Position numbers and translations under genes: made by a program. A stretch of DNA of 64,000 nt from Felis catus (Eukaryota), in the NCBI RefSeq assembly GCF_018350175.1, contig NC_058383.1, positions 13,952,001 to 14,016,000 on the forward strand, read 5' to 3'. Below, in pieces: positions 46,889 through 59,645 of this stretch (positions are counted from its first letter, which is position 1; the number at the start of each line of letters is the position of its first letter). Under the pieces are notes generated by a model. It did not search any database. It saw nothing but the letters and a program-made list of their open reading frames with translations, and was not told the DNA's origin.

Positions 46889-49800
46889 AAGTAAAGCTTT
46901 AAGATAGTTTCTCCTAGTAGAGACATAGAATTGGAAACAACTTGAGGGCCTATCTCACTTAAGTTCTTTGTTTTCTGTGCGAGGAAAGGGAGGCTCAGAG
47001 AAGCCATGTGACCTACCCACAGTCTCCTGGGCCAGTGCTGCCCAGCTGGGGGTCGAGCTATTCTCCTCTGGCCATAAATCAGTTGCTCAAAAGCATCCAA
47101 ATGCCTGCGTTGTCGGAAGATACAGTGCAGGCCCTCTCAGGACCAGGGGACTTGTAGCTCGGTGCACACATTCCCCCAGGGACTTACCGCTGCGCTGAAA
47201 AGTAGGGCAGATGAAGGGAGCCTCACTGGCAGCAAGCACTGGCCACACCTCCTAGGAGAGATGCCTCGGCTCCTAGGGTCCCCAGACCAACCTCACACAC
47301 CTGGAGGCTGCCTCTGTCGCCACCGGCCCCTCCCGACCACCAAAGCCATTTAGTTGCCTCTTCCGCCAAGGACGCAGACAGCAGCCCTGCGAATCACTGC
47401 AATGTGACTTGTCCTGCCTAGAATCTGCTCTGTGCTCATGCCCATAAATATTTCAGGCCGTGCCGCTTAGTTATTAATGGAGTGAACTGAAAGAGAATTC
47501 TTTAGCTTCTCTTCTTCTCCACGGATTGAAAACAAGAGCCAGTCTTTGGGAGGCCCAAGTGACAGGTTTTGGGGGATTGTGAGCTGCAAAATGGACTTGC
47601 TCTGTCCCGTCTTTATGGTGACAAAGAAGCCACCCACCCCTTGTTCCCAAACGCCCCAGAGCTGCCTTCGGCTCCCCACTTCTTTGAGACTGTGCGCCCC
47701 TGGCGGAGGGTGGAGTGGACGCTGTCTTGTGATGTCTCGTCCCCATGGAGCAGAGCACGCACATGGGGGCCAGGGGCCACTGGAATGACTGCCTTCTGGG
47801 AGGGGGGGGCCAGGGACCCCCCTGGGGCTGGTGACCTGTCAAACCCTCTCAGACCACATCACAGTCGCCCTGCCCTGGAACGCTGGTTGGCCCCCAGGTG
47901 TTTGGCTTCCTGCCCTGCCCCCTCTTCCTTTCTCCGAGCTAAAGAAGAGGCTTTTCCCAGAGTGGCCCGGGGTGACAGCTGCTCCATCATTTAAACCCCC
48001 TATGGCTCAGCTGGAGCCCGGAAGAGCCGGCTTTTTTCTGGGAGAGGAAGCAGGGGCAATGGCTCATCTTGCTGTTCCTTTTCATTTGGAACATAATACA
48101 CCCCAGAAAGCTCAGACCCCACGCTGAAGAAACCAATTACGCCGCACAGCATTTTTAGTGCTCTGAGTCTCCAAGCAAAAGAAATAGGTGAGACATTGTC
48201 ACCATGGCAGCTAGTCACAAATTGTCTCCGAAAATAGTATCCGTGCTTGGTAAGAAGGGGCTCGATGCTTCCAGACTGGTAGTATAAGGACCTATGCGGT
48301 TCACCGGCCACACGCACACGCTCTCTCGGGGGCCGTGGCTCCGCCCTCCTTCCTCTGGGGACCGAGGGACCTGAAGGCCCCCCCCCCCCCCCCCCCCGGC
48401 AACAGGCCACACTGAAGGGATTTAGGCTCCAGGATTGCTACTGTTGTCTGATGCATTAGCAAATCCCGGTCGAGCACTTACTAGAGGCCAGGCGCCGTGT
48501 TAGGCACTGGGGCTGCGGCATAAGACGGACGAGAGCCTTGTGTTCTAGGTGACGACGGGCCTTCCGCAGGATGCAAAGAGATAACTTCACTTGGTGAAGA
48601 TGAGGCAGAGACTGGGGGGCGGGAGGGGGACACGTGTCATATCGAGGGGCTAGCAAAGGCCTCTTTGAGCCCCGAGGAATGAGAATGAGGTAGGCATTTG
48701 GAGCCCTTGACTACCGGGAGACGCGCCTTCTCTCCTCCTGGTGGAAAATCACACTCCTGGCTTCTCTCTGCCCCTTTCCTCTTCGCACCCAAGGCGGGTA
48801 GAGGGGCTGATCTGATTAGCAGAGTTGGGAAGAATCAACCCGGCACCCTCAGCTCTCCTCTCCCCTACCTTCTATTTATTCTCCTCCCCTTTCTGTCTTG
48901 GGAGCAAGCTGCCCGGGAGTGCGGGGCTTTGCCTTTCTTCCTCCACTCTGAGTCTTATGCTGGTGAGGCCGGAGTCCGGTTTGAAGGCCATTTGGCTTTC
49001 ACATTAAGCTCCAACCTCCACCCTGGTCTTTCTTAGTCGCAAAAGGGACATGTCGATCGTCTTTTGCCATTTCTTTGTTTTCTTTCTCTGTTCAGACGCA
49101 AGTTGGAAAGAAACGTGCTGTCATGGCATCCCCTGCCAAACCTCAACTTTGGGGAAGGAGGCTCCAGATGAAGAAAAGAAAAAGGGCAAAAGTTCTGGGG
49201 TGGGATGAAACTCGGCATATTTCTAGACCAAAAAGGGGGGGAGTGGGGCCAGGACAGGGTGGTCAGCTTCAACTAGGAGGGTGTCAAAGAAGAGTTGCAG
49301 ACATGGAACCAGATGTACGGCCTCGCAGGCCTTGGGGTGGAGTTTGGGTTTTATTTTAAGCACAGTGGAGGGCCAAGAGGAGGGTTTTAAGCACAGGCAG
49401 GACAGAATCTGCTTTCTATTAAGCAAAGTAAAGCAAAAACAAAATAAAAACAAACAGGAGAATGTAGCAGTTTTCAAGATGAGAGGTGGTGGGTGTCTTG
49501 GGGACCGGCCTCAGTGGGGACATTGTTATAGTTACAATTCAGGATTGCAAGTATTTGGGGGAGGAAGCTTACAGAGAAAAACCAGGTGGCCAAAGTGGGC
49601 CTCCTCTGGCTCATGAGCCTGAGTGCCAGACCTAGGGTACCTAATCAAGAGACTCTAGGGATGATCAGGGCTTTGGTGGCATGGCCATGGCCTGGGAGAC
49701 ATGGGGTGAAAAGCCAAGGTGTGGCTAAGTGGCCAGCCTGGGGGAAGATGTCAGGGCTTCCCAGGAAGCCATGCCTATCTGTGAAATGAACAAACCCTCA

Positions 49801-50217
49801 CACCTTGTCCGATTAATGACATGCTGTCCTGGTCACCAAGCTAGAATGCTCAGAATCACCATCAACATCACCTCCTTCCAACTTTGCCTTTCCTTCTGCC
49901 TCTCGGACACTCGCCGCCCTACTGACCTCCCAACCCCCGATGAATTTGCCCTCTGTTTCCCTCTGGCTGGCCTCAGCTTTGATCTCTTCCCTGGGTTTTT
50001 ACAACCGCCCCGCCGTCCTCCCTGGCTGCTGCTCTTTCCATTCTCCCTTCTTGTCTTTGTACATTCCATCTTTCACATTGTCAGAATGGTCTTTCTAGGA
50101 TATACGGGCTGAGTCACGTAACCCTCCACCCAGAAATATAGCAGTGGTTCTTTTGTAAAGAATAAAACAAAACTCCCCAGCAGGACATTCAGCGTCTCCT
50201 GTAATTCTTCCAGACTC

Positions 50218-50780
50218 TTCCAGTTACTATGGCCGCAAGACCAACCATCCCCCAAAATTTAGTGGCATAAAACAACGGCATTTATGATGCTCCTGGATCA
50301 TGGGAGTCAGGAATTCAGAAGCAGCCTGGCACAGTAATGTGTGTGTGGGTTCTTTCAGGTTCCACTCAGATGACTGCTGGATCGAGCTGATGGCGGCTGA
50401 GAGATCCATTTTCGAGGTGGCTTGCTCTAACACGGCTGGTGGGTTGAGGCTGGCGGCTGTCTAGGGGCCTCAGTTTCTCTTCACAGGGCTGAGTCTCTTC
50501 ACGACGTAGTGGTGGGCTTCTCCCGGAACGAATGACCCAAGAGGCCAAGTATGCCTTTTATGCCTCAATGACTTTTATGACTTAACCTCGGGAGCTGCAC
50601 GCCACAACTTCCGCCATTTTTCCCTGGTCAAGGCGGTTGCAAGGGTCCACCCGGGTTCAAGGGGAGGGAAGATAGTCTCCCATCTCTCGACAGGAGGAAT
50701 GTCAATGTCATATCTTAAGAACAGCAGGTAGGATGGCATATATACGGTAGAGCCATCTTTGGAAGGTACAATCTGCCGCT
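50218..50780 (-). mobile_element. MaLR LTR (MLT1-like) inserted in an L2
   Basis: cagttactatgg...aaccatccccaaaatttagtggcataaaacaac...gtcaggaattcag...gccatctttggaaggtacaatctgcc. Confidence 0.8.
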
Positions 50781-51589
50781 CGGGCTCTTCATGTTTCTCC
50801 AAGCATCCCGGGCTTCACCCACTTGTCCACCCACTGGCCACATGTTTTCACAACCTTGTTTCTTTCTCCTGCTGTGCCACTGAACAGAAATATCCTTACC
50901 CACTTCATCATCCTTCAAGGTTAGCTCAAATAACACTTCCCGGATGAAGCTTCCCCGATCCTTCCTGGCAGAATGAATTCTCCTCCCCGTGCGGTCCCTC
51001 CGCCTCCTGCCGACATCTCCAGTTAGCATGGTTTCCTCTCTGCTGTCTGTGAAGTCACCGAGTTAAGAGTCTGTCTCTCCGACGAGACTGTTAAACTCAT
51101 CTTTCTACCTCTACTTCCTAGCACGCGGTCAAGCCCAGAGCAAGTTCAAATGCTAATACTAATTGCGGGATTAAGTGCGTATCTGAGAGGTGGCCCAGGC
51201 CAGTTGGCTGTGGGGCTAAGCATGGGGAGCAGGGGGCAGGACATGATTCTGTCGGGGGGGGTCTCAGCATCCAGATCCATCAGGATTGCTCTGAAAGTCA
51301 AGGACCTTCCAGTGAGGGGATCCCACTCTGCATATCGGTGCCAAAGCCAGTGCTGGAGACCCCGTCCCAAGACAGAAGAGGGGGTGCAGAGCCCTGGCCG
51401 GTATTGGAGTGCTGCAGTCCCGAGGAGAACATTCTTGGTTACAGCCCTCTCGTTCAACCTCTACTATGACCAGGACTGTGTGCCCAGGATCTCAAATCTA
51501 ACATGTCCCACCATCTTCCCGTGTCAGTGAATGTCACCTTTGCTCCTTAAATCTTTTCTTCTGTTCTTTCCTCACCCGGTCCCTCTGTG

Positions 51590-52310
51590 CGTCCCAGAGG
51601 CCCTACATTTGGAATAAGCCCCGCATCTGACCACGTCTCATCCTCTGCCAAGACACCCTCCTCTCCTCTAGACAAACACAGAGGCTCCTGACTGTTCTCT
51701 CTTCTTCTGTGTTTGCCTTCTCCCATCCCGGCCACCTGCATGGCAGCTTGGTGACCTTTCTGAGAGATACATTGGGTCACGTCCCTCCTGTGTGGGCGTC
51801 CCTCCAAGGCCCACCCATAAGCCTGGGGGTGAAATCCAAACCGCCAGCCTGGCCCGGCGGATGATGCGTGCTGTGCCTCCTGGCTCCCTCTCCGATCCCA
51901 CCTTCCTTCGCCTCCCACATCCCTCCCTCCAGGATCCAGCCACAATGACCTTCACCTTCACTTTCACCCTCCCTTCTTGAGTTCAGCAGCCCTGTTTCCA
52001 CCTCCAGGTGCTCACACTGGCTGTTCCCTCTGCCTGATGCTGTTCCTCCGGATCTCATGATTGCCTCCTTGTCAACATTCAGGCTCCCCCTCTGAGAGGT
52101 GTCCCCTCCCTACCTTCCGGCCACCCTCTCCCTCCACCCTGCTCTCCTCCCTCCATCGCCCTCATCCCTACCGGAACACGGTAATCACTTGGTCTGCTTG
52201 TCCATCGTGTGTCCCCCCCAGGAGATCAAGGCCCATGTTGATCTGTCCAGTGCTGGCAGGGAGGCACCTCCCCGGTCTGCATGCAGCACATCGGGCACCA
52301 GATGTTGCCT
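51590..52310 (+). mobile_element. L2 fragment
   Basis: cacactggctgttccctctgcctgatgctgttcctcc...ccccctctgagaggtgtccc, an L2-type pattern. Confidence 0.6.
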
Positions 52311-52967
52311 GGGGGAAGGCAGGCGGCAGGAAGCCCCTGACCCACCTGTGGAAGGAGAACAAAGAGGGTGCAAGAAACCAACAAACAGTAGAAAGAACAG
52401 CCAAAGGGCAGGCGAAGGCCTGGTCTCCCCGCAGGGCTCCTCCGACGGAGATCACGTGTCCTCTGGTGGGTTTAGCACTCCTGGCCTCTTCGCAAATCGG
52501 AGCCTCATCCCCCAGGCCCCTGTCTGTGGTGCCTTCTTCTCATTCCACTCTCCTCGTTCCCTGGGGCCCCTGGGGTGCGGCAGCCTCAGTGGCTGGCAGG
52601 AGGCTGGAGCAGCTCCCCGGGAAGGGCTGAGCTGCCCTGTGCGTATTCTGCGGCCCTTTCCCTGTTTCCCCCTTCCCGGGGGGGGGAGGCAGGGGGCTTG
52701 GGACTGGATCGCAGCCAAACGTGGCTGCCCCTCGCTGCTTCTCTTCCCCTCTTGGAGGGGGGGATTCTTTTCACCAAGCCAAGCAACTAGCGACCTCCTG
52801 CAGCATCCGCCGGGGAAGAAATGATTAATGCCAAACACACGGAGGCTCCGATTTGCAGTCACCGTGGGGTCGTTCTCCGCATCTGGAAGTGAGTTTGTTT
52901 TGCACACTTTGCAGGTGGTAGGTCTTCGGAGGAGGGCAGCAAGGAATTCCGCGGTCTTCGAGCAGAG

Positions 52968-53122
52968 GTGGGAAGGGGCAGAAAGAGAGAGAGAGAATCC
53001 TAAGCAGGCTCCACATGTCACAGCAGAGACCGACATGGGGCTCGAACTCAGGAATGACGAGGTCAAGACCTGAACCGAAACCAAAAGTCGGACGCTTAAC
53101 TGACTGAGCCACCCAGGGACCG
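52968..53122 (-). mobile_element. CanSINE, 3' tail missing
   Basis: ggggcagaaagagagagagaatcctaagcaggctc...gccacccaggga. Confidence 0.88.
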
Positions 53123-54545
53123 CCCCCCCCACAATGCATTTTTAAAAGAAAATAGAAAACCCAGAAGACAGAGGAGGCTGAAGACAAGTTGCACACACCG
53201 CCTCTCTGGAAAGCCAGGCATGGCTGGTCTGACGGTGGTCGTGGTGGGGAGAGGCGGGCCGAGCCTCCTTCTGACCCAGGGCTGTCCCCAGAGCTTATAG
53301 GACCTCTGCTGAGGGTAGCTTCTCTAGGGTGCCCCTGCCTCGGTCACCTCGGGCTGGATGGACCTCTGGGGGCCTTCGAGAGCTGCCTCCCCCTCCCCCT
53401 CCCCCTCCCCCTCCCCCTCTGCAGGGGAAGCCTCGCTCTCTCTCTCCAGGCTATAAGCTGGGTGACCTAAGGCACCAGGGCCTGTCCCACTGGAGAAACG
53501 GCTGCAGCATTTTCTCTCTGCGCACTCCCGAGGGCCCCCAGCCTCACCGCCCAACCTCCCCGGCCTTTGAGTCTATTTAACATTGGTCAGGGAGCGATTT
53601 AGCAGGTTCCTTGGGTCTCTGTTGCTCTGCTGGAGAGGAAATTCATTTGCAGGGTAATTTTTAAAGCCTTTTACATAAATTTGATTCCAGAAATGAACCT
53701 TTTGATTCCTCAAAGAAGAAAAGGTAGAACTTGAAAGGTGTTAATTACCTTGCCTATGAAATGGGCAAAATGTGAATTCTGGCTCTCGGGGCAAAGGGGC
53801 AGGACAGATTATTGGCACATCAAGGACCCCTACCTTTTCTACTTTGTGTCTGAGATGGATCAAAAGTCAGCAGAGGTGTGGCCTCGACCCCGGATCAAGT
53901 ACATTGCCCCCCTCCGTTTGTTTTCTAAGCCCCCAAACTGCCCAGGCAGAATCTCCAGCCTTGGTCCCATCAGCAGCAGAGAACGGCCTGACTGGTGCCC
54001 TGGGGGCTCTGCTGTGTCTTCCTGGTGCAGGGCAGGGGCTGCCTAGCCATGTGGGAGCAGTGCTGAGACACTACAGGCTGGCCCGTGGGGGTTGGGACCT
54101 CAGGTAAGAGGCTCTGGGGTTGACAGTGGTCGTATCTGGGAAGGGTGTTATTCTAGGGGTCAGGTGGAGAGGTCGTGTCTTAGAGAAGGGGACCTCTGAG
54201 CTCCCTGCCGATCAGTGTCAACCCCGAATGACCTTGGGGCACGGAGAAAGACAAGGTTCGGATGGGACCTCGGGCGATGGAAGTCTGTGGGAGAGAGACT
54301 ACCAGGAGCCGTGTGTAGGAGCTATGACAGAACAGAGCATTCTGGACTTAATCAGGGGCCTCACGTCTGAGACTGAAGGGGCTGAGGTGGCCCAGCTGTC
54401 TTGCTCATGGGAGACATAACACTAGCTATGAAGGAATCCTGAATTTGAAAATGTCAACATTGACCTAACCAACATGGGAAATGGACAAAAAATCGGGAGT
54501 AGAGATTTCCTAGACCAGCAGGTTACAGAATCTGATGATTTCTTA

Positions 54546-55294
54546 GAAGGAAGAAGGAGGAAGGGGAGGAGGAGGGGGAGGAGGAGGGGGAGGAGGAGGG
54601 GGAGGAGGGGGAGGATGAAGAGGCGGGGGAGGAGAAGGACTGGGAGGAGAGGGAGGAGGAGGGGGGAGGAAGAGGGGGAGGGGGAGGAGGGGGAGGAGAG
54701 GAGGGGGAGGAGGAAGGGGAGGGAGAGGAAGGGGAGGAGAGGAGGGGGAGGAGGAGGGGGAGGGGGAGGGGGAGGGGGAGGAGGAGGGGGAGGGGGAGGA
54801 GGAGGGGGAGGAGGAAGGGGAAGGGGAGGAGGAAGAGGAGGGGGAGGAGGGGGAGGGGAGGAGGGAGAGGAGGAAGGGGAGGGGGAGGAGGGGGAGGAGA
54901 GGAGGGGGAGGAGGAGGGGGAGGGAGAGGAAGGGGAGAGGGAGGAGGGGGAGGAGGAAGGGGAGGGAGAGGAAGGGGAGGAGAGGAGGGGGAGGAGGAAG
55001 GGGAGGGAGAGGAGGGGGAGAGGGAGGAGGGGGAGGAGGAAGGGGAGGGAGAGGAAGGGGAGGAGAGGAGGGGGAGGAGGAAGGGGAGGGAGAGGAGGAG
55101 GAGGGGGAGGAGGAGTGGGGAAGAGGAAGAGGGGGAAGAAGGGTAGGAGGAGGGGGAGGCGGAGGAGGAAGGGGAGGGGAGGAGGGGGAGGGGAGGGAGG
55201 AGGGGGAGGGGGAGGAAGAGAAGAAGGGGAGGGGAAGGAGGAGGAGGAGGAGGAGGGGGAGGAGGAAGGGGAGGGGGAGGAGGAGAAAGGGAAG
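54546..55294. repeat. ~750 bp G/A polypurine minisatellite-like tract
   Basis: GGA/GGGGA repeats with only a handful of pyrimidines. Confidence 0.97.
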
Positions 55295-56244
55295 AATTAG
55301 TATCAAGCTACCCACAGTTGTGGAGATATGGGGGCAGGCAGAACCTGCGAAAACAGAGGCCTTCCTCGTGTCACCTCTAGGAGGACAGAGGTGACTTGGC
55401 GGCTTTGAGAGAGGACAGATCAGCAATAACTGCTGCTGACACAGCCACAGAGCGAGGCTGGTCTGGCGGAGAGCGGACACCACAGCTTCCTTCTCAAACG
55501 GGCCCCCTCGTGTCAATAAGTCTGAGGTAACCCGATGTCCCATGGGACCTGAGGTGTCTGTCCCCAGTGCACCACACAACTGGCATATGTGTACTTGGGC
55601 TGCAGTTTGGGGACCTCGGGGAGGGCGTGGCCTGTGACGAAGGGAGGCCTTTCCCGGAGCCCTTTCGGGCCCCTGGACACCCTCGGCCTGCCTCAGACTA
55701 GCGGAACAGAAGGAGTCATGGCAGAGCCTTGGGTCCACAATGGGGTAAGCGGATAATGGCTGGTAAGAGCTTAGCCTGGGAGACCATGAAGCTGAGAGAG
55801 TGAGGGTGGGACCAGGAGGGGAGCTTCAGAGTTTGTGAGTCTTCGGGGCTCCCCACTGGGGAAGCACTGGGTCGCCTCACAGGGGCTCCCTTTGCATCTG
55901 GGTCACAGCTCACAGATCGATAGCTACTCTTCAGGTGCCCTGGAGCCCTTTCGATGTGGTACCAAAGTGCATATCCGAGCCAGAAGCCATCTGAGTAGTG
56001 GGGTCTGGGGCTTTAAGCACATCCCAGAACTTTAAGGCTTTCTCAGAAGGAGTCTCTGGGGACCTAGGAAAGAGGGAAGGAACGGGTAACGGCGTTGGCC
56101 ACCATCTGGCTCGCATAGAACCTTTGTGCAGATTGTTAAAAACAGCCCCCTCTGGGCACATCAGAAAGATACGGGACTTGGCAAATAAACCACAGTCTGT
56201 ATTTTGGTGCCTTTGTGCAGTCTACGACCTGCTCACATACGGGT

Positions 56245-56722
56245 TGTGGTAGGCTGAATAACGACTCTCCAAAAAATATCCACAGCTAAAATCTCCGGAA
56301 CCTATAAATGTTACCTTCATGGTAAAGGGGGCTTGCAGATGTGATTAAGTTGAAGATCTTGAGATGGGGAGATTATTCTGGAATATGTGGGTGAGCCCTA
56401 AATGTAATCACAAAGGTCCTCATAAGAGAGAAGCAGGGAGGTCAAAGGAGGACACACGTCTGTGTGTCCACAGAAGGCAGAGGCTGTAGCCGGTCAGGAA
56501 AGGGTCATGTGACATGCTACGGAATGCAGGGACTCCCAGAGGCACAAGAGGCCAAGAAATGAATTCTCCCTGAGCCTCCAACGGGAACCGGCCCTGCGAC
56601 ACCTTGACTTTGACCAACTGAGACTGATTTTGGACTTCCGACCTCAAACCTGTGAAATAATTAATTTGTGTTGCAGGGAGCCAGATCTGTTTCTTGCCAC
56701 AGAGGCGGCAGGAAATAAATAC
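56245..56722 (+). mobile_element. MaLR LTR (MLT1C/D-like), near full length
   Basis: tgtggtaggctgaataa...gttaccttcatggtaaag...ttgcagatgtgattaagtt...aaatgtaatcacaaaggtcctcataagag...ggaaataaataca. Confidence 0.88.
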
Positions 56723-57062
56723 ACGGCCCTTTGACCACTCCTTCCTTCTTTCTTCGAAAAAAGCCTTCTCTTTTCACCTGCGACGCACGTTGGGATTTCA
56801 AGTACGAATTCATCCCACGAGGAAGGAGACGTGCGGCCGGATGCGGTCTAACAACACAGCGCCGGACCCCAACACAGCGCTGCCATGGTTCTGACTGTGA
56901 AGAGGTAAAGTAAAACCTTGGCTTGCGTGTCACTTGTCCTGCGAGTGTTCCGCGAGATGAGCGAACATTTCTAATAAATTTTAATTTGATAAACGAGCGA
57001 TGTCCCGCAACATGAGTTCAGTATGTGCTGCTGAACATCATATGATCACAACTTAGCCAGTG

Positions 57063-57099
<37 letters not shown>

Positions 57100-57654
57100 G
57101 GGATTGTGGGTGATCATCTCCCATGCCCAGATGCTTGGTCTCAGGCCGCAGGGTTTGGCAGAAATCAGTGAGGTTTCAGAACACTGGAAGGTGCCCTCAA
57201 CTGGCATTCGTGTATTTTTTTGTCCCTTCCAAGCACCTGTGGACAGTCCTTTGCTTTTCGAGACAAGAGGAAGCTTAGGAATGCTTTGTGCTTCATTCCA
57301 GGTCAGGCTGCCCACAGATAGAGACCCTTTCCTCTGCTGCCTGATTACCAGTTACATTAAACACAGTATATGACAAGAGTTTATTAATACTGTACGGTAA
57401 TCAACATCCGTGGGAGCATATACGATGGCCCCCATGCAGAAAAAGATTCCATTGAGCCAATAGGTAGCAGTGATTATTCCATTAGTGATAGTAAAAATTC
57501 ATCCTACACAATAACCCTCCTCTCTCTCTGTCTTTATGTTTTGTATTTTCTTCAGCATTTTGTATTATATTACAGTATTATGATCATTTTTATGCAGATA
57601 TTTTTGAGTCGTGGAACGAACCATCTGAGTTTCCCTTATGTCTTAAAAAAATCT

Positions 57655-57854
57655 TTTTTAATGTTTATTTATTTTTGAGAGACAGAGCACAAGTGGGGGA
57701 GGGGATGAGAGAGAGGGAGGCACAGAATCTGAAGCAGGCTCCAGGCCCTGAGCTGTCAGCACAGAGCCTGATGCGGGGCTCAGACTCACGAACCGTGAGA
57801 TCATGACCTGAGCCGAAGTCAGATGCTTAGCCCACTGAGCCACCCAGGCGCCCC
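57655..57854 (-). mobile_element. CanSINE inserted in the tail of the neighbouring SINE
   Basis: Flanked by tcttttt repeats. Confidence 0.94.
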
Positions 57855-57861
57855 TCTTTTT

Positions 57862-58094
57862 TTTTCCTTTTTTAAAAAAAAATTTTTTTTTAATGTTAAT
57901 TTATTTTGGAGACAGAGCCAGAGACAGAGCACAAGTGGGGGAGAGACAGAAAGAGGGAGACACAGAATTGGAAGCAGGCTCCAGGCTCTGAGCTGTCAGC
58001 ACAGAGCCCGACACGGGGCTCAAACCCACGAACCGCAAGATCATGACCTGAGCTGACATCGAACACTCATCCAACTGAGCCACCCAGGAGCCCC
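57862..58094 (-). mobile_element. CanSINE
   Basis: Outer degenerate TSD agtttcccttatgtctta (~57628) / agtttccttatttctta (~58096) brackets both SINEs. Confidence 0.94.
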
Positions 58095-58589
58095 AAGTTT
58101 CCTTATTTCTTACAGGGAAATTCGCTTGATACCCAAGTGCTTTGGATTACAAGCATGTTTCCGGAACGAATGATGCTCGCAAACCAAGGTTTTATTTGGG
58201 ATTGGGATTCGCTGGATGTCCTTCCACTAAGTCTCGGGGGCAGTTCTGTTTACTCATACGTTCAAACCATCCACGAGTGTTTACCGTGCACGTGCTATGT
58301 GCTCAGCTTATTATAAGGGCTGGTCACACAGACAACGCAGCGTGAACAAGGGAAACAGGTCACGTGTGAACCTGACATTCCAGGGAAGACAGGCCAATAA
58401 ACAAAACAAAAGCAATATTTTGTTTAGTGGTGACAGGAAGGCAATTAAACTCGGTGTCACCAAGTGCAGCTGTTCTCAACTTTTTGACTGCACATCTATC
58501 AAAAAATATCGAGCAGTACACACACATCGATGCATACAGATAAAATTGCTGATAAGCAATACGCATGTGCCACTGTACTAATGCATGTA

Positions 58590-58804
58590 AATTTTTTTTA
58601 ACGTTTATTTATTTTTGAGGGACACAGAGGGACAGAGTGCGAGCAGGGGAGGGGCAGAGAGGGTGGGAGACACGGAATCCGAAGCAGGCTCCAGGCTCCG
58701 AGCTGTCGGCCCGGAGCCCGACACGAGGCTCAAACCCACAAACTGCGAGATCATGACCTGAGCTGAAGTCGGACGCTTAACCGACTGAGCCACCCAAGAG
58801 CCCC
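58590..58804 (-). mobile_element. CanSINE
   Basis: Degenerate TSD ctgtactaa(t/c)gc(a/g)t. Confidence 0.95.
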
Positions 58805-58959
58805 TGTACTAACGCGTTATAAAATGTACACAGATAAATCTGGCATAAAGTAGTGTAAATAATAATAGAAATGGAAATGCTATCGCTTCCTGTACCTTGC
58901 TGTGTCACCTTTGGCACCCCTGAGTGTGGGTCGGCTCTGGGAACCCCTGGGACCCTTGA

Positions 58960-59570
58960 GACCCTTGAGATCAGGCTCTAGGCAGGATGTCAAAGAAGAT
59001 TTCTCTGAGGACGGACCGTTTGCCTCAAGAGCTGACCAATAGGAAGAAGGTGCCAAGAGATTTGGGGGAGAACCTTCTAGGCAGAGAGGCCAGCAGCTAT
59101 AAGGCCCAGAGAGGGGAGTGGGCTTGGTGTTTCTGAGGAAGAGACAGAGGGTCAGGGTGTCTGGAGCAGAGGTGATAGCAGAATGGCCAGAGGCTGGTCT
59201 GAGAAGAGGGCACAGGCCAGCTCCTGGAGGCCTGCAGCCACATCGGGAGTGAGGGTTTAATTCTGACACGATGGGAAGCCATTAGAGGGTTCCCAGCAGG
59301 ATCGTGCTGTGATCACAGGGTCCATTTTAATCGATTTCCCTGGCTCCTCTGTAAGGAGGGATGATAAGCGCAGGATCAGAAGTACTGAGACCAGGCAGGA
59401 GCTTCCGGTAACCATCCAGCAAGAGGAGACAGTGGCTTGAATTTGGGAGGCGGCTGAGGAGCCAGTGGGAAGTGGATGAACGAGGGACATCGTTTTGCAC
59501 GCAGCGTTCGCCGGACTGGGCCGGTGGTGAGGACCAGGCTGGAGATGGGGGAAGAGTCGGGGCTGACTCC
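58960..59570 (-). mobile_element. L2 fragment
   Basis: ttctaggcagagagg...aaggcccagagagg...gatgggaagccattagagggtt...tccattttaa...ccctggct...gagaccaggcaggag. Confidence 0.7.
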
Positions 59571-59645
59571 TGGGTTTCCAGCCTGAGTTGGGTTTCCAGC
59601 CTCAGTTGATTTCCGGCCCCCAGGTTGGGTTTCCAGCCACAGTTG
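59571..59645. repeat. ~18 bp tandem repeat, about 4 copies
   Basis: tgggtttccagcctgagt / tgggtttccagcctcagt / tgatttccggcccccaggt / tgggtttccagccacagt. Confidence 0.8.

Larger units (their letters stand above)
56908..58197. mobile_element. Tigger-like (TcMar) non-autonomous DNA transposon containing two SINEs
   Basis: Terminal inverted repeats aagtaaaaccttggcttgcg (56908-56927) and cgcaaaccaaggttttattt (58178-58197), 18/20 match; TA immediately 5'. Confidence 0.8.

Noticed and set aside
48215..48292. Possible minus-strand last exon (PYTTSLEASSPFLPSTDTIFGDNL*), phase-compatible with the 60708-60776 candidate
   Set aside because: Acceptor (gaaccgcatag) lacks a pyrimidine tract and the peptide is not recognised; phase match has a 1 in 3 chance
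54422..55738. 438 aa proline-rich ORF and the opposite 306 aa Gly/Arg/Glu ORF
   Set aside because: Both are translations of the polypurine tract, which cannot contain stop codons
59571..59645. Short direct repeats as a CRISPR-like array
   Set aside because: Contiguous tandem units without spacers, in mammalian DNA with no cas genes
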